From a phage, in sequence record PZ386966.1: a DNA stretch of 64,000 nt. The stretch is one strand, 5' to 3'. Below the pieces are notes generated by a model. It was not told the DNA's origin. It was given only the letters and a program-made list of their open reading frames with translations, and made no database searches. Below are positions 63,557-64,000 of the stretch, in pieces. The first letter of the stretch is position 1; every line of letters starts with the position of its first letter. Made by a program: the position numbers and the translations under genes.

Positions 63557-63593
63557 AGTTATTTTACTCTCTCTCAATTAAAATAATAATAAT

Positions 63594-63653
63594 GCCCTGC
63601 TATAAGTATTCTTCCTTTCGCTACCGAAGAGTATTTTTAGACAGGGCTTTTTT
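63594..63653 (+). terminator. intrinsic terminator ending tRNA operon
   Basis: GCCCTG...CAGGGC stem followed by TTTTTT. Confidence 0.6.
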
Positions 63654-63778
63654 ACAGAGTTATACTTTATAGGAAGACTTATACAGTATGTCTCTGACGT
63701 ACATTGTGGTTTCTCCTTGACGGTCTCTGTGCCGTCTTTTTTAAGGGGAAACAAGATTTATTATTTGGAGAAAACATA

Positions 63779-63979
63779 ATGAGCGAGAACGTTTATAAAG
63801 AACTTTATGAAGCTAACAAGAAGTTAGAGTTTATGCAGAATACTATCATGGCAATTGCAGATAGATTATCTGTAGCAACAGGTATTGATATTAAAGAAGC
63901 ATCTATGGATGCACTTCTTGATGCTGTTGATGCAAAGTTCGAAGTTAAGAAAGAAGAGACCGCTACAGACTCTGAATAA
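63779..63979 (+). CDS. hypothetical protein
   Basis: ORF 63704-63979 trimmed to Met 63779 with GGAG RBS. Confidence 0.4.
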   Translation: MSENVYKELYEANKKLEFMQNTIMAIADRLSVATGIDIKEASMDALLDAVDAKFEVKKEETATDSE

Positions 63980-64000
63980 TTCTATTTGCGGAGGCGCTTA

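Overview
The window reads as a 64-kb segment of a virulent, tRNA-rich dsDNA phage genome of a Gram-negative host, AT-rich by eye, with Sec and lipoprotein signal peptides on several products. Gene content resembles Felix O1-like myoviruses, but that assignment is from memory of gene content, not from a search. Four transcription blocks are visible: 351-10183 (-), 10407-46664 (+), 48356-55840 (-) and 56233-63979 (+). Recognisable genes include thymidylate synthase, DHFR, an ATP-dependent ligase, a T7-type family A DNA polymerase split by an HNH-endonuclease insertion, a gp4-like primase-helicase, FEN, dNMP kinase, aerobic and anaerobic ribonucleotide reductases, rIIA/rIIB, a T4-type lysozyme and about 26 tRNA genes. 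The most interesting candidate is an adjacent Prs-like plus NAMPT-like gene pair (29216-31923) matching the phage NAD+ reconstitution (NARP1-type) counter-defence architecture, with a macro-domain protein 8 kb downstream. Other unexplained structure: an array of 14 small genes each preceded by a conserved promoter/hairpin/RBS cassette (41051-46664), a 1.6-kb ORF-free repeat-dense region (46730-48320), and covarying stem elements between tRNA genes. All coordinates and tRNA anticodons were derived by eye and need confirmation with tRNAscan-SE, HMM searches and transcript mapping.
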